This document shows, piece by piece, positions 13,301 through 25,699 of a DNA stretch of 60,662 nt (position 1 is its first letter; each line of letters starts with the position of its first letter). Both the position numbers and the translations under genes were made by a program. Where the stretch lies: assembly GCF_006345805.1 (NCBI RefSeq), contig NW_021832560.1, forward strand, positions 1 to 60,662, read 5' to 3'. Source of the DNA: Octopus sinensis. Taxonomy: Eukaryota. Under the pieces are notes generated by a model that worked only from the letters and a program-made list of their open reading frames with translations, was not told the origin of the DNA and did no database searches.

Positions 13301-13602
13301 GACCCTTATATATTTATAGCGTTTTATTGAAAAGGTTTCAGAAATTATTTTCAAGAGTTTCATGCAACTGATCATGAGATAGTCAAGAGTATTTAGAGCA
13401 TTGTTGCAAATACTCATGTTTTTCTGATGATCACTTATTTGAAACTCTGAGTAACAGTTTATGAAGTTTTTCAGCTGCAACACAACACTGTTTTACCCTA
13501 TCTTTGGTATTCAGGTGCTACTTTCTTCATGTATGAGCTTGTGTGCACGTGTGTGTGTGTCTATGTGTGCATCTATATATGTGTTTATGTGAATAAATAT
13601 GT

Positions 13603-14000
13603 TTTTATCTTATCTATTTCACTTGTTTGAGTCATTAGACTGCGGCCATGCTGGGGCACCACATGGAAGAATTTTAGTCAAACAAATTAACTCCTGTGAT
13701 TTTTTTAAATCCTGGTACTTATTTTATCAGTCTTTTACCAAACCACGAAGTTATGGGAATGTAAACACACCAACACCGGTTGTCAAGAGGTTTTGGGGGA
13801 CAAACAGAGATACAAACACACACACACACACACACATATAATAGGCTACTTTTAATTTCTTTCTACCAAATTCACACACAAAACCTTACTCAGCGGAAGG
13901 CTATAGTAGAAGACAATTGGTCCAAGGTGATATGCCATGGATCGGAACGTGGGATTATATGGTTGGGATGCAAACCTCTCACCACACAGCAATGCTGGCA
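13603..14000 (-). mobile_element. SINE family 1, divergent variant
   Basis: cttgtttgagtcatt.gactgcggccatgctgg...aacaccggttgtcaag...ccacacagc. Confidence 0.75.
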
Positions 14001-14155
14001 CCTATACATATAAACATATTTAAAGAATTTATTCAAGTGTATAAACATACACACATCAGTATGTTGAACAGACTGGGAATTGTTGCTGCTGCTGATGATG
14101 ATGATGACTATTATTATTATTATTATTATTGTTATTATTATTGTTATTTTTATTA

Positions 14156-14197
<42 letters not shown>

Positions 14198-14369
14198 ACA
14201 TGTAGATATACACACACACACGTTTATGAAGTGCTTCCCATCATTAATAACGGAAAATATTTGTATATAACTACATATATACACATAAGACATGTATATG
14301 TGTCTGCATTATGTGTGTATGGGTCTATGTGCGTTTGAATGTTTGTATGAGTATACAATTTCCTGTGTT

Positions 14370-14600
14370 ATTTGGTGCTAGCAAAGGTCATACAACAGAA
14401 TTCTTCTGGCATCCTGTATCCACTGGAACAGCAGAAGAATGGCTGAATATCTGAATGTCAGAGCTTAAGAAAATGCCAGACAGGTAACACCGATTACAAG
14501 TTCTCTGGCATGGAATGACAGGTGTACAGGGAGTGGTTAGGATGTCAGGGAGTGAATCCACACAATACGAATGTTTATGCTGGAATGTCAACTACCGAGG
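14370..14600 (+). mobile_element. Possible decayed RTE LINE C-terminal remnant
   Basis: Broken frames RILLASCIHW and RLQVLWHGMTGVQGVVRMSG loosely resemble RTE RIL.I.W / RWLGHVVRM. Confidence 0.3.
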
Positions 14601-14619
14601 GAGATAAATTTTCTTATAT

Positions 14620-14639
14620 ACATACATACATACATACAT

Positions 14640-14705
<66 letters not shown>

Positions 14706-14796
14706 CTATATATATATATATATATATACATACATAATATATATATATACATACATATATATATAACACATATATATACACACATATATATATAGA

Positions 14797-14828
<32 letters not shown>

Positions 14829-15050
14829 CAGACATATATATATATATATATACATACATATATATATATACATACATATATATATATACAGACATATATA
14901 TATACATACATATATATATATACATATATATATACACATAGAATATATATATACATAATATATATATATATGGCATGTATGTATGTGTGTGTGTATATAT
15001 ATCTATCTATCTATATATATTTATATTTATATACATGTATGTGTATGTAT
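14620..15050. repeat. (TA)n/(TACA)n microsatellite block
   Basis: Direct inspection. Confidence 0.95.
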
Positions 15051-15304
15051 AGATATTTTGTTTTAATATTTCCCAGTTTTGTTTATATCTTATTTCATTC
15101 TTCCGACTTTAGTATAAGAGCAAAGTGAAAGAAGAGAGAAAATACTGAATGACTCGAATGAACGTATAAAAATAAGCAATATGAAAAGAAAAAAAATGAA
15201 GAAAGCATTAATAGAATACTTTATGATTTATGGAAAAGGATAAAATGGTTTCTGGTTTAGGTTCAGCACCAGAAATTTTAAGCGAGACTCATTAGTTGAT
15301 ACCA

Positions 15305-15462
15305 TGCTCAACTGGTACGTTGCTCAACTGGTACGTTGCTCAACTGGTACGTTGCTCAACTCGTACGTTGCTCAACTGGTACGTTGCTCAACTGGTACGT
15401 TGCTCAACTGGTATGTTGCTCAACTGGTATGTTGCTCAACTGGTACGTTGCTCAACTGGTAC
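15305..15462. repeat. 16-bp minisatellite (tgctcaactggtacgt) x ~10
   Basis: Nine full units plus a 14-bp partial; three units carry single substitutions; runs directly into a SINE family 2 body. Confidence 0.95.
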
Positions 15463-15570
15463 TTATATTATCAACCATGTAGGAATGAAAAGGCAAAGTG
15501 AATCTTGATGGAATTTGAACTCAGAATGTAAAGGCGGACAAAATGCTGTTACGCTAGCGATGTTCGCCAC
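15449..15570 (-). mobile_element. SINE family 2 5' portion
   Basis: aactggtacttatattatcaacc...ggaatgaaaaggcaaagt...gaatttgaactcagaa. Confidence 0.75.
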
Positions 15571-16214
15571 CTTTAGATAATGTCACATATTTTGGTGTAT
15601 GGAGCCATCATTTAAACCTGTCTCTGGGCCAGTATTATTTGAGTTAATGACGCACAATACTTATTTGAACCAATGAGAGTCATTCTTTGAGCCAAGATAA
15701 GCAAAGGGTATTTAAACGAATGACAGGCAACCTAAACACAGATCTACACAAGCCACAGGCTCAGACACAATTTACCCACAGATACACAACCTACACATGG
15801 ACAGATACGCATAACCTACTCACAAAAACACAAAACCTTCACACAGGTACTGTACTTTTGGGGTGCATTCCTAGAGACAAACACAATCTACTCTAGTACT
15901 TGATGAGTACTTTACTTTATTGACCCTGAAAGGATGGGTAGCAAAGTTGAATTTGAACTCAGAATGTAGAGAGCCAAACTAAATACTGCAAGGCATTTTG
16001 TCTGGTGTCTTCACAATTCTTCCAATCATCTACTCTTAGTAATTTCCTATACCCACAAATACACAATCTAAACACGGACAGAAACACATAACCTTCTCAC
16101 AAAACCACAAAACCTATACACAGGCAATATAATTTTGGGGTGCATTCCTAGAGACAAACACAATCTACACTCTCCTATCCGGGTACACAACCTATTCAGA
16201 CACACAACCTTCCT

Positions 16215-16790
16215 ACTTTAGGCACAAGGCCTCGAAATTTTTTTTTTGGGGGGGTAAGTCGATTACATCCACCCCAGTGTTTCACCGGTACTTAATTTAT
16301 CGACCCCGAAAGGATGAAAGGCAAAGTCGACCCCGGTGGCATTTGAACTCAGAACGTGGAGACAGAGGAAATACCTATTTCTTTACTACCCACAAGGGTC
16401 TAAACACAGAAAGGACAAACAAGGACAGACAAACGGATTAAGTCGATTACATCGACCCCAGTGCGTAACTGGTACTTAATTTATCGACTCCGAAAGGATG
16501 AAAGACAAAGTCGATCTCGGCGGAATTTGAACTCAGAACGTAACGGCAGACAAAATACCTATTTCTTTACTACCCACAAGGGGCTAATCACAGAGAGGAT
16601 AAACAAGGACAGACAAACGGATTAAGTCGATTACATCGACCCCAGTGCGTAACTGGTACTTAATCTATCGACCCCGAAAGGATGAAAGGAAAAGTCGACC
16701 ACGGCGGAATTTGAACTAAGAACGTAACGGCAGACGAAATACAGCTACGCATTTCGCCCGGCGTGCTAACGATTCTGCCAATTCACCGTA
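16215..16790 (-). mobile_element. SINE family 2 concatemer (head plus ~3 x 184-bp units)
   Basis: gattacatc recurs at 16261, 16445 and 16629 (period 184). Confidence 0.9.
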
Positions 16791-17547
16791 CCCCATTGAT
16801 ACAACTTCGTGCTGCAAATGTAACTTGCTGCTGCACACATCCTGCCCGCAAAAAGAGACCCTGCAGCGAGATACAGCTAACACACCCACAAGCATATGCA
16901 TCCAGTTCACAGACAGACACGCAATCTAATCACACATGCATACACACGTATACACATACACACGCACGCACACACCCGCATACACAAGATAACCTCCACA
17001 CAGAGCCTGCATACATATGACAGCTTGTCTTGAGCTACACCCAACTTCATACATTCACACACATACACCACACACACACAAACACACAAGCAAACTTGGG
17101 GTTTATGTTGCCGATAGCAAAGTTAGTAAGAAGTTATTGATTCACTAAATTGACCACGATCTTTCAGATAGAGTGACATTTTTGTCGATGATAAATTCAA
17201 TTGGAAATTAACAGAAATACGTTGATAGAACTTGTGTCAGATTTTCAAAGACAGACCATATTTCATCGTCTTACAGAATTGGCGAGAATTCAAAAACAAA
17301 CAAATAATAACAATACTGATAATAATAAAAACAGATTTGCCGAATTGCCGAAATCAAAGTGACAAGCAAATTCGAAGTTGGTCGCAATGGATTAAATCAA
17401 GGAGACTCTACATCTTCGTAATATTTCCAATCTACTAGACATAGGAGCCAAATCTTTTTCAAATCATATCCTTTTTTTTTTCTGCCTTTAACTCTCCAAA
17501 GCGGAGTATAGGCCACTTATAATTGAATTCCATGTCGCATAATTTTT

Positions 17548-17956
17548 CGCAGGAGTGTCTCTGTGGTAAGTAGCTTGTTTACCAACAACATGGTTCCGGC
17601 TTCAGTCCCACTGCGTGGCACCTTGGGCAAGTGTCTGCTACTATAGCCTCGGGCCGACTAAAGCCTTGTGAGTGAATTTGGTTGACGGAAACTGAAAGAT
17701 GCCCGTCGTATATATGCATATGTATATATAAATGTGTGTGTGTGTTTGTGCGTCTGTGTTTGTCCCCTCAACATCACTTGACAACCGATGCTGGTGTGTT
17801 TACGCCCCCGTAACTTAGTGGTTCGGCAAAAGAGACCGATAGAATAAGCATTAGGCTTACAAAGAATAAGTCCTGGGGTCGATTTGCCCGACTAAAGGTG
17901 GTGCTTCAGCATGGCCGCAGTCACATGACTGAAACAAGTAAAAGAGTAAAAGAGAG
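17548..17956 (+). mobile_element. SINE family 1
   Basis: Full-length match to the family. Confidence 0.9.
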
Positions 17957-18029
17957 TATATGCATACATACATACATACATACATACATACATACATACA
18001 TACATACATACATACATACATACATACAT

Positions 18030-18386
18030 AGAGGCCGGTGCACTCTGGCTGGCTCCCGTGCCGATGGCACGTCAAAGGTACCATCCGAACGAGATTGAAG
18101 CCAGGTCCGCCTGACTAGCTCCTGTGCCAGTGGCACGTAAAAGCATCATCCGAACATGATCATTGCCAGGACCACCTTACTGGCTCCTGTGCTGGTGGCA
18201 CGTATAAAGGACCCACTACACTCTCGGAGTGGTTGGCGTTAGGAAGGACATCAAGCTGTAGAAACTCCGCCAGACCAGATTAGAGCCTGGTGCAGCCGCT
18301 GGCTCTCCAGACCACAGTCAAACCGTCGAGCCCATGCCATCATGCAAAACGGACGTTAATCGATGATGATGATGATGATGATGATG
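18030..18386 (+). mobile_element. RTE-type-tailed repeat with internal ~60-bp tandem units and (GAT)n tail
   Basis: Three tggctcc.gtgcc.gtggcacgt units, then ggcgttaggaagg...ggacgttaatc(gat)n. Confidence 0.75.
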
Positions 18387-18448
18387 CATACATACATACA
18401 TACATACATACATACATACATACATACATACATACGTACGTACGTACA

Positions 18449-19015
18449 TATTGCTAAAACAATTCGCAATACCATCCGCAAAATGACTGTCTTCAAATAA
18501 ACTTAGAAAATCTTTCTGTTATGGAATTCATTCATAAACACCAACTCAAAGAATACAAGTGAAATATTCCAATCAAAACTTCTGTCAAATCTAAATATAA
18601 CTGGCCGAAAGGTAAAGGTGTGTACCAACATAGAGGTCAGCTGCCCTGCAGATATATATAGCTCTTTGAAAATCGAAGAAAAAGAGGATATCTATGGATA
18701 ACTGCTTCGAAGCATTCAGCTTCTATATCTAGAGTATGAATACATAGTCATATCAATAATAATTGGAACACTAGGTTTTGTTAGTAAATGCTTAAAGGAG
18801 AACCTGGATAAACTTTTCAGAAAGAGAAATGGACCGGCTAATTCGTACATTATGAGTGCAATCTGTGAGTGGAACAGTAAAAATATGCAAGATTTTTCTC
18901 AAGTTCCAAATGTAAATTTGTCTGTGTTAACTATATCCTAAAGATGGAGCCTTGTATCTTTGTTGGAAACTGGCTCCCTCCTCAGTGGAACATTTTATAA
19001 TAATTAAAAAAAAAT
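18449..19015 (+). mobile_element. 3' end of a restriction-like-endonuclease (RLE) non-LTR retrotransposon, pseudogenised
   Basis: NIPIKTSVK...KVCTNIEVSCPADIYSSLKIEEKEDIYG*LLRSIQLLYLEYEYIVISIIIGTLG...SGTVKICKIFLKFQM* (stop 18913-15); 3' UTR hairpin ggagcc/ggctcc and A-rich tail. Confidence 0.75.
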
Positions 19016-19033
19016 AGAAGATATATGCATATG

Positions 19034-19082
<49 letters not shown>

Positions 19083-19111
19083 GGTGTGTGTGTGTGTGTG
19101 TGGTGTGTAAA

Positions 19112-19274
19112 GTTAATCCAAACATGAAAACACAATGAGAAAACACAACAATGCGAGGACGTGGAACAAGTAAAGTGTTAGTGGACGCTCAGGAAAGGAA
19201 AGGAAGAAGGATGATTCAACGTTTCGAGCGGAGCTCTTCGTCAGAAATAGAAAAAGGAAAGATTCAAGGAAGAG

Positions 19275-19278
<4 letters not shown>
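19112..19278 (-). mobile_element. Penelope-like pseudo-LTR fragment, family A
   Basis: Homologous to 454-640; microsatellite-flanked. Confidence 0.65.
19214..19248 (-). ncRNA. Minimal type I hammerhead ribozyme motif, intact core
   Basis: Minus strand attt-CTGACGA-a-gagc(tcc)gctc-GAAA-cgt-t-gaat. Confidence 0.78.
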
Positions 19279-19316
<38 letters not shown>

Positions 19317-19318
<2 letters not shown>

Positions 19319-19650
19319 TGAGACCACTCCTTCGGTCATGGCTGACCATGGGATTGCACCTAGAAAGTTACCCTTCCAGGCACAAGACTGGGCAAGGTTG
19401 TTTTTATGGAAGACTAGCATTTGCCCATGCATACCAGCCTCCCCTCTCCACGCCACCATTGTTAGCCAAGGGAAAGCCAAATGCCGCTACAGCTTGGCAC
19501 CTGTGACGTCGTAAATCATTTCTACAGCTGAGTGAACTGGAGCAACGTGAAATAAAGTGTCTTGCTCAAGAAGACAACACGCAGCCCGGTCCAGGAATCG
19601 AACTCACTACCTCACGATCGTAAGCTCGACGCTCTAACCACTGAGCCATG
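19317..19650 (-). mobile_element. tRNA-derived SINE family 4
   Basis: Minus-strand head TGGCTCAGTGG...GAGTTCGATTC; homologous to 25385-25699 and 28340-28502. Confidence 0.85.
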
Positions 19651-19791
19651 TCAAATATTTATGCACACACACACTCGCACACACAACTGTGTTAGAAGCA
19701 GCTCAATAATGTGGGCATTATCAATATTTTATAGTTCATGAATGTGTTACCGCAGATACAAGCGTTCAACATTAAATATGTGGTATTGATG

Positions 19792-19835
<44 letters not shown>

Positions 19836-19840
19836 ATGTA

Positions 19841-19871
<31 letters not shown>

Positions 19872-20034
19872 TGTATATGAAATCTATAATCAGCAATCGC
19901 ACCACACCTGGGATTGTTCGAATTACTTGTTCTTGATTCAAGTACAAACCCGTATCCCAATCCATCCAGAACAAAGTGCACTGAATCCCTTCACAGTGTT
20001 TAACGCTAGCACTTGCCTTTACGCTTCACACACA

Positions 20035-20087
<53 letters not shown>

Positions 20088-20505
20088 ACACACACACACA
20101 CACATACACACACCACACACACACACACACACGCACGCACGCACGCACGCACGCAACACACACACACACTGATATGGAATATGGCATGTTAACGTATTCT
20201 GAAGTCCAATTGAGAAGGTCTTTTTTAAAAATAATATCTGACTGCCAATTTCAATTGTGTGTATATGTGTGTTTACGTCTGTATGTGTGTATGTGTGTTT
20301 ACGTTCTTGTGCGTATGTGTGTGTGTGTTCATGCGTAAAAAAATGAAAATTTCAGCACATATTGAGCGAGTAGGTTCAGCCTTAAGTTTGCTGTGAGAAA
20401 ACATATGATCAAAGGCGCTCCAATTATGACCATAGCATTCAGTCTTCCTTTTCGTTGAAGACAGGTAGGGTGTGATTGATTGATTGAGTGAGTGAGTAAG
20501 TGAGT

Positions 20506-20545
<40 letters not shown>

Positions 20546-20548
20546 GAC

Positions 20549-20597
<49 letters not shown>

Positions 20598-20689
20598 TAG
20601 ACTAGGCAAACAGACTGACAAACAAACAGATTTACATTTCAAACAGGTCGGATGACCTCATAAAGCAGGCATTGGCAACTTTTATCGAG

Positions 20690-21082
20690 AAGTTCTGCTT
20701 TTATCGAGAGGTTTTGCTGGTTGCGGGTTTCCCATAGCGTTCGTCAATATCGACATTTGTCGGCCATCTTAAAAACGTCTGAACCACTCATAGACTTGTG
20801 TTCGGCTCATACATTCCTCTCCATACATTTTCTGTAACTTTGAGCAGGCCTCTGAGCGGGTATCACCGCGCAACTTTTTCTGTTGAGCTCAATTCGGCGA
20901 TCACACGCTACACAACTTCCTTCCAAGCATTGCTGTAAACGGCAGAAGTGATGTAGTACGCTAAAACTTAGTGCGCATGCACATCAACATTCAAGCTCAA
21001 TCTGTGCCAAGCGGCTTTACTCTGCGAGCTTTAGCTTCGTTACTATAGCAACAGTCCGGATACTTATTGATCAGACCTAGTA
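20690..21082 (-). mobile_element. Mariner/Tc1 transposon 5' remnant (TIR plus N-terminal HTH)
   Basis: TA + ctaggtctgatcaataagtatccggact TIR at 21053-21082; minus-strand KLQKMYGEECMSRTQVYEWFRRF*DGR. Confidence 0.8.
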
Positions 21083-21365
21083 TAATGTGATAAGAATTGC
21101 ATGCATCAGTGATTATCAACCATTTTGATTTCACGACCCGCTGGAGACAAATAAACCGAACAAAGCCCACTGGCGTACACTGCATGGAAAAGGAAGAAAA
21201 TCTCTATCATTAAAGTTAAAAGTCTAGAAAAATATGTAGAAAACTATTATCTCTTCCTTTACTTTATTATTCATGCGAGAGTATATCAAGAGAGCAAATA
21301 ATATGTTTTTGTCAAGATGCTTAAGAATAAATATGGATTTTCTAAATACTTCAATATTATATTTT

Positions 21366-21625
21366 AACAGGCATGGCTGTGTGGTAAAAAGTTTGCTTTC
21401 CAGCTACACGGCATGGTTCTGGGTTCAATTCCACTGCTTGGCACCTTGACAAAAGCTTTCAACTTTAAGCCTTGTGAGTGGATTTGGTAGACGGTTAGGG
21501 TTGGGGTTATGCATATCTTACTCTTTTTTTTATTTGTTTCAGTCATTTGACTGCGATCATGCTGGAGCTTCACGTTTAGTCGAACAAATCAACCCCCAGG
21601 ACTTATTCTTTGTAAGCCAGTACTT
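21366..21625 (+). mobile_element. SINE family 1, internally deleted
   Basis: ggcatggctgtgtggtaaaaag...cttggcaccttg...; an opposite-orientation tail fragment follows. Confidence 0.65.
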
Positions 21626-21679
21626 ATTCTATTTGCGGAAAGAGTTAGTTTCCGTTTTGAAAGATAATAAACAGATATA

Positions 21680-21731
21680 TTATATATATATATCTATATA
21701 TATATATAATAATATATATATATATATATGT

Positions 21732-21768
<37 letters not shown>

Positions 21769-21779
21769 GTATATATATG

Positions 21780-21814
<35 letters not shown>

Positions 21815-21850
21815 TTATAGTAAATATGTATATATATATATTATATATAT

Positions 21851-21885
<35 letters not shown>

Positions 21886-21938
21886 ATATGTATATGTAAT
21901 ATATATATATATATTGTATTATATATATTATATATATA

Positions 21939-21985
<47 letters not shown>

Positions 21986-22022
21986 TGTAATTATATATAT
22001 AATATATCTATAATGTATATGT

Positions 22023-22055
<33 letters not shown>

Positions 22056-22061
22056 GTATAT

Positions 22062-22107
<46 letters not shown>

Positions 22108-22295
22108 GTATATGTATATATATATATGTGTTACTATATATGCTATGTATATATATATTTATGTATATATATATGTATATATATATATGTATATATATAT
22201 GTCTATATATATATATATGTATATATATATGTATATATATGTATATATATAATATAATTAGAGACAAAACCACTATTATGCAAATCAAACAAAGA

Positions 22296-22342
<47 letters not shown>

Positions 22343-22572
22343 CTGCGTGTGCGTATGCATGTGTATATATGAAACAATTGTAGTGGATAACTTAATTTTA
22401 TTTAATTTATATAAAATTTTTTATGTATTGGATTAAATCTTTCTTTGTTTGATTTGCATATAGTGGTTTGTCTCTAATTAATATTATGTATATATATCTA
22501 TATATATATATATATTATATATAATATGTATGTATATATATATGTATGTATATATATTGTGTGTATTATATA

Positions 22573-22623
<51 letters not shown>

Positions 22624-22760
22624 CATATATATATATATATGTTATAAATAATATAATATTTATTATATATATATACATATCTATATATATATATATATAT
22701 ATACACCACATATCTGCGCGGCGTATGCATGTGTATATATGTATGTATATATGAATATAT
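21680..22760. repeat. Long (TA)n-rich microsatellite block
   Basis: Direct inspection. Confidence 0.95.
22255..22480. repeat. Inverted repeat, ~42-bp arms (taattagagacaaaaccactat...)
   Basis: 22255-22297 versus 22440-22480; same motif at 27387-27458 and ~35913-35937. Confidence 0.8.
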
Positions 22761-22803
22761 ATAGATTAGAATAATAAAAAAAAGCGTTCTTGGTACAGTG
22801 TAC

Positions 22804-23007
22804 TATATTTGAAAAAATGAGTAGAGATGGCTTCTGGGGCGGATAATTGTTATTTTAATGATAATGTTTAGTTACTCTAACTTTTCGATCGCCGTTTTCA
22901 AACTGATCGCCGTTTTCAAACTGAAACTCATTAGAGTAACTGTAAACATTATCATTAAAATTTAAATTATCCCCCAAAAGCCATCTCTACTAATTTTTTC
23001 AAATATA
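22804..23007. mobile_element. Fold-back/MITE-like element, ~75-bp imperfect arms
   Basis: 22804-22880 versus 22931-23007; spacer contains gatcgccgttttcaaact twice; TA-flanked. Confidence 0.8.
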
Positions 23008-23014
23008 TATGCTT

Positions 23015-23415
23015 ACAGGAGTGGCTGTGTGGTAAGTAGCTAGCTTACCAACCACACGGCTCCAGATTCAGTTCCACTGCCTGTCACCTTGGGCAAGTGT
23101 CTTCTACTATAGCCTTGAACCGACCAAAGCCTTGTCAGTGGATTTGGTAGACGGAAACTGAAAGAAGCCTGTCGTATATATGTATATGTATGTGTGTGTA
23201 TATGATTGTGTGTCTGTGTTTGTCCCCCCAACATCGCTTGACAACCGATGCTGGTGTGTTTACGTCCTCGTAACCTAGCGGTTCGGCAAAAGAGACCGAT
23301 AGAATAAGTACAAGGCTTACAAAGAATAAATCCTGAGGTCGATTTGCTCGACTAAAGGCGGTGCTCCTGCATGGCCGCAGTCAAATGACTGAAACAAGTA
23401 AAAGAGTAAAAAGAG
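23015..23415 (+). mobile_element. SINE family 1
   Basis: Full-length match. Confidence 0.9.
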
Positions 23416-23440
23416 TATACATATATACATATATATATAA

Positions 23441-23473
<33 letters not shown>

Positions 23474-23672
23474 CATATATACATATATATATATAACATA
23501 TAATATTTATATATACATGTATATATACATACATATATATATAATATATATATATACATTATACATATATAATAAATAGTATATATACATATATATATTT
23601 ATATATACAGTATATATACATACATATATATATAACATATATATATATACATATACATATATATATATATAC

Positions 23673-23703
<31 letters not shown>

Positions 23704-23704
23704 G

Positions 23705-23823
<119 letters not shown>

Positions 23824-24252
23824 GCATACACACCCACACGCATATATATATATGTAACATACATGCATACATAAACCAATATTAAAATCAAAGGTACCTA
23901 TCGCAGATCTCGAGATACCAATTTCCTATCGGCAATTAGACAAACTGTGATAATGAAGAACAGGGATTTTCTTCCTGTGCATAAACCAAAAACACGATAC
24001 GTTTGAATCTTCATCTTTAAAACGAGCCATCTTAGTCTACGTGTCGCCGTCCACCGGGCCAGCTCGCCTGAAAACCTAACTTCATGTAACGTGTAAGAAA
24101 CACGTAAAATCCTTTACTGAAAAATCGTCGATAAAGGGACATTGCTAATCTCGTTAGTGAACACAACAGTAATAATATTGAGTAATAGATTGGTGAAAGG
24201 AAAAGGAAAGGAAAAAAACCTTGGGTTTCTATATTCTAGCTTTGCTTTGCAG

Positions 24253-24333
24253 ATCGATACAACCAATACCTGGTGGGCGTGGAAATCGATATATCTGATA
24301 TATAGTCATGAAAGAGATAACCGATATATCTCC
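24253..24333 (+). CDS. Weak candidate exon (phase 0-0, 81 nt)
   Basis: Strong acceptor ctttgctttgcag|, weak donor tcc|gtagta; IDTTNTWWAWKSIYLIYSHERDNRYIS. Confidence 0.25.
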
Positions 24334-24339
24334 GTAGTA

Positions 24340-24752
24340 CTGTTATTACATGAAGAAGTGGTGGAGGTGGTGGTGGTGATGGTGGTGGTGGTGGTAATAG
24401 TTCTTGCGCTATCGATATATACGTTACTGTAGTATTAGTAGTAGTAGTAGTAGTAGTAGCAGCTGCAGCAGCAGCAGCAGTACTAGTAGTAGTAGTTGTT
24501 GTTGTTGTAGTCTTTGTCGGCGACGTTGTCGTCGGCGTCGTCGTCGTCGTAGTAGTAGTAGTAGTAGTAGCAGTAGTAGTAGTGTAGTAGTAGTAGCAGT
24601 AGTAGTAGTAGTAGTAGTAGAAATAGTAGTTGTTGGTGTAGTCATCGTCGTCGTCGTAGTAGTAGTAGCAGCAGCAGCAGTAGCAGTAGTAGTAGTAGTA
24701 GTTGCTGTTGTTGTAGTCGTCGTCGTAGTAGTAGTAATAGCAGCAGCAGCAA

Positions 24753-24783
<31 letters not shown>

Positions 24784-24837
24784 TTGTTGTTGTTGTTGTT
24801 GTTGTTGTTGTAGTAGTAGTAATAGCAGCAGCAGCAA

Positions 24838-24881
<44 letters not shown>

Positions 24882-24885
24882 TAGC
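24340..24885. repeat. Compound (TAG)n/(CAG)n/(GTC)n/(TTG)n repeat
   Basis: Direct inspection; source of the 241-aa poly-T/Y ORF. Confidence 0.95.
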
Positions 24886-25384
24886 CAACAGCTGTAACAG
24901 TAGTTTCAGTATATGTGGTTAGTAACATGTACAATAAGGTTATACATCTCATTGAAATCATTTTTGTTTAGGCCCAAGTCAGTCCTGATTAAAAAGAAAA
25001 AGAAACAGAGCATTCCAGCGTTGACCATCCCATCTACGACTATATTAGCCAATGTATCCTTCCTTTATTTCAGAGATGCTATGGTTTAATTTTAAGGGAT
25101 CTGATTGGCTGTTTTTTCCCTTTATTTCTTTTTCTTTTCTGTTTTTGCCGGTCAAACCAACCACATAGATACTTCCATATTTGATTATTTCTGAGGCCCC
25201 GTGGCTGTCGACGCTTCTCACTTGTAATAATTTCGTCGTGTTCCGGGGAGAAATAAATAACAGAAAAGAAAACTTAATTTTTATCCACTCATGTCTTACT
25301 AGAGTTACATGAATTAACTAAAGTCTGAGACTTTCTGTGAAGTCATTGCTGAGAATTTGGTAATTCAAACATAAAGAGTAAAGA

Positions 25385-25699
25385 AGACGCCCTTCGCTCA
25401 TGGATGACCGTGGGATTGCACCTAGAAAGTTACCCTTTGGGGCACAAGTGCAGGCAAGGTTGTTTATGGAAGACCAGCAGTCGCCCATACATACCAGCCC
25501 CCACTCTCCACACTACCAATGTTATCCAATGGATCGGCAAAGGCAGATAAAGGTTGGCATTAGTGAGGTCGCAACTCATTTCTATAGCTGAGTGAACTGG
25601 AGCAACACAAAATAAAGTGTCTTGCTCAAAAACAAAAACACAACCCACAGCCCGGTCCGGGAATCGAACTCACTATCTCATGTTTGTGAGCCCGATAAT
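25385..25699 (-). mobile_element. SINE family 4, head truncated at a nested insertion
   Basis: Homologous to 19317-19650. Confidence 0.8.

Noticed and set aside
15305-15462. Regular short repeat array resembling CRISPR
   Set aside because: No spacers: the units are contiguous. Eukaryotic context, SINE-derived unit, no cas genes.
17200-17370. ~56-codon open stretch (RNTLIELVSDFQRQTIFHRLTELARIQKQTNNN...)
   Set aside because: Weak acceptor and donor, and no recognisable motif.
24236-24961. Longest ORFs in the track (241 aa poly-T/Y; also 40426-41081, 59637-60158, 42868-43365 and others)
   Set aside because: Translations of stop-free trinucleotide or dinucleotide microsatellites, open in several frames and on both strands; no coding signal.
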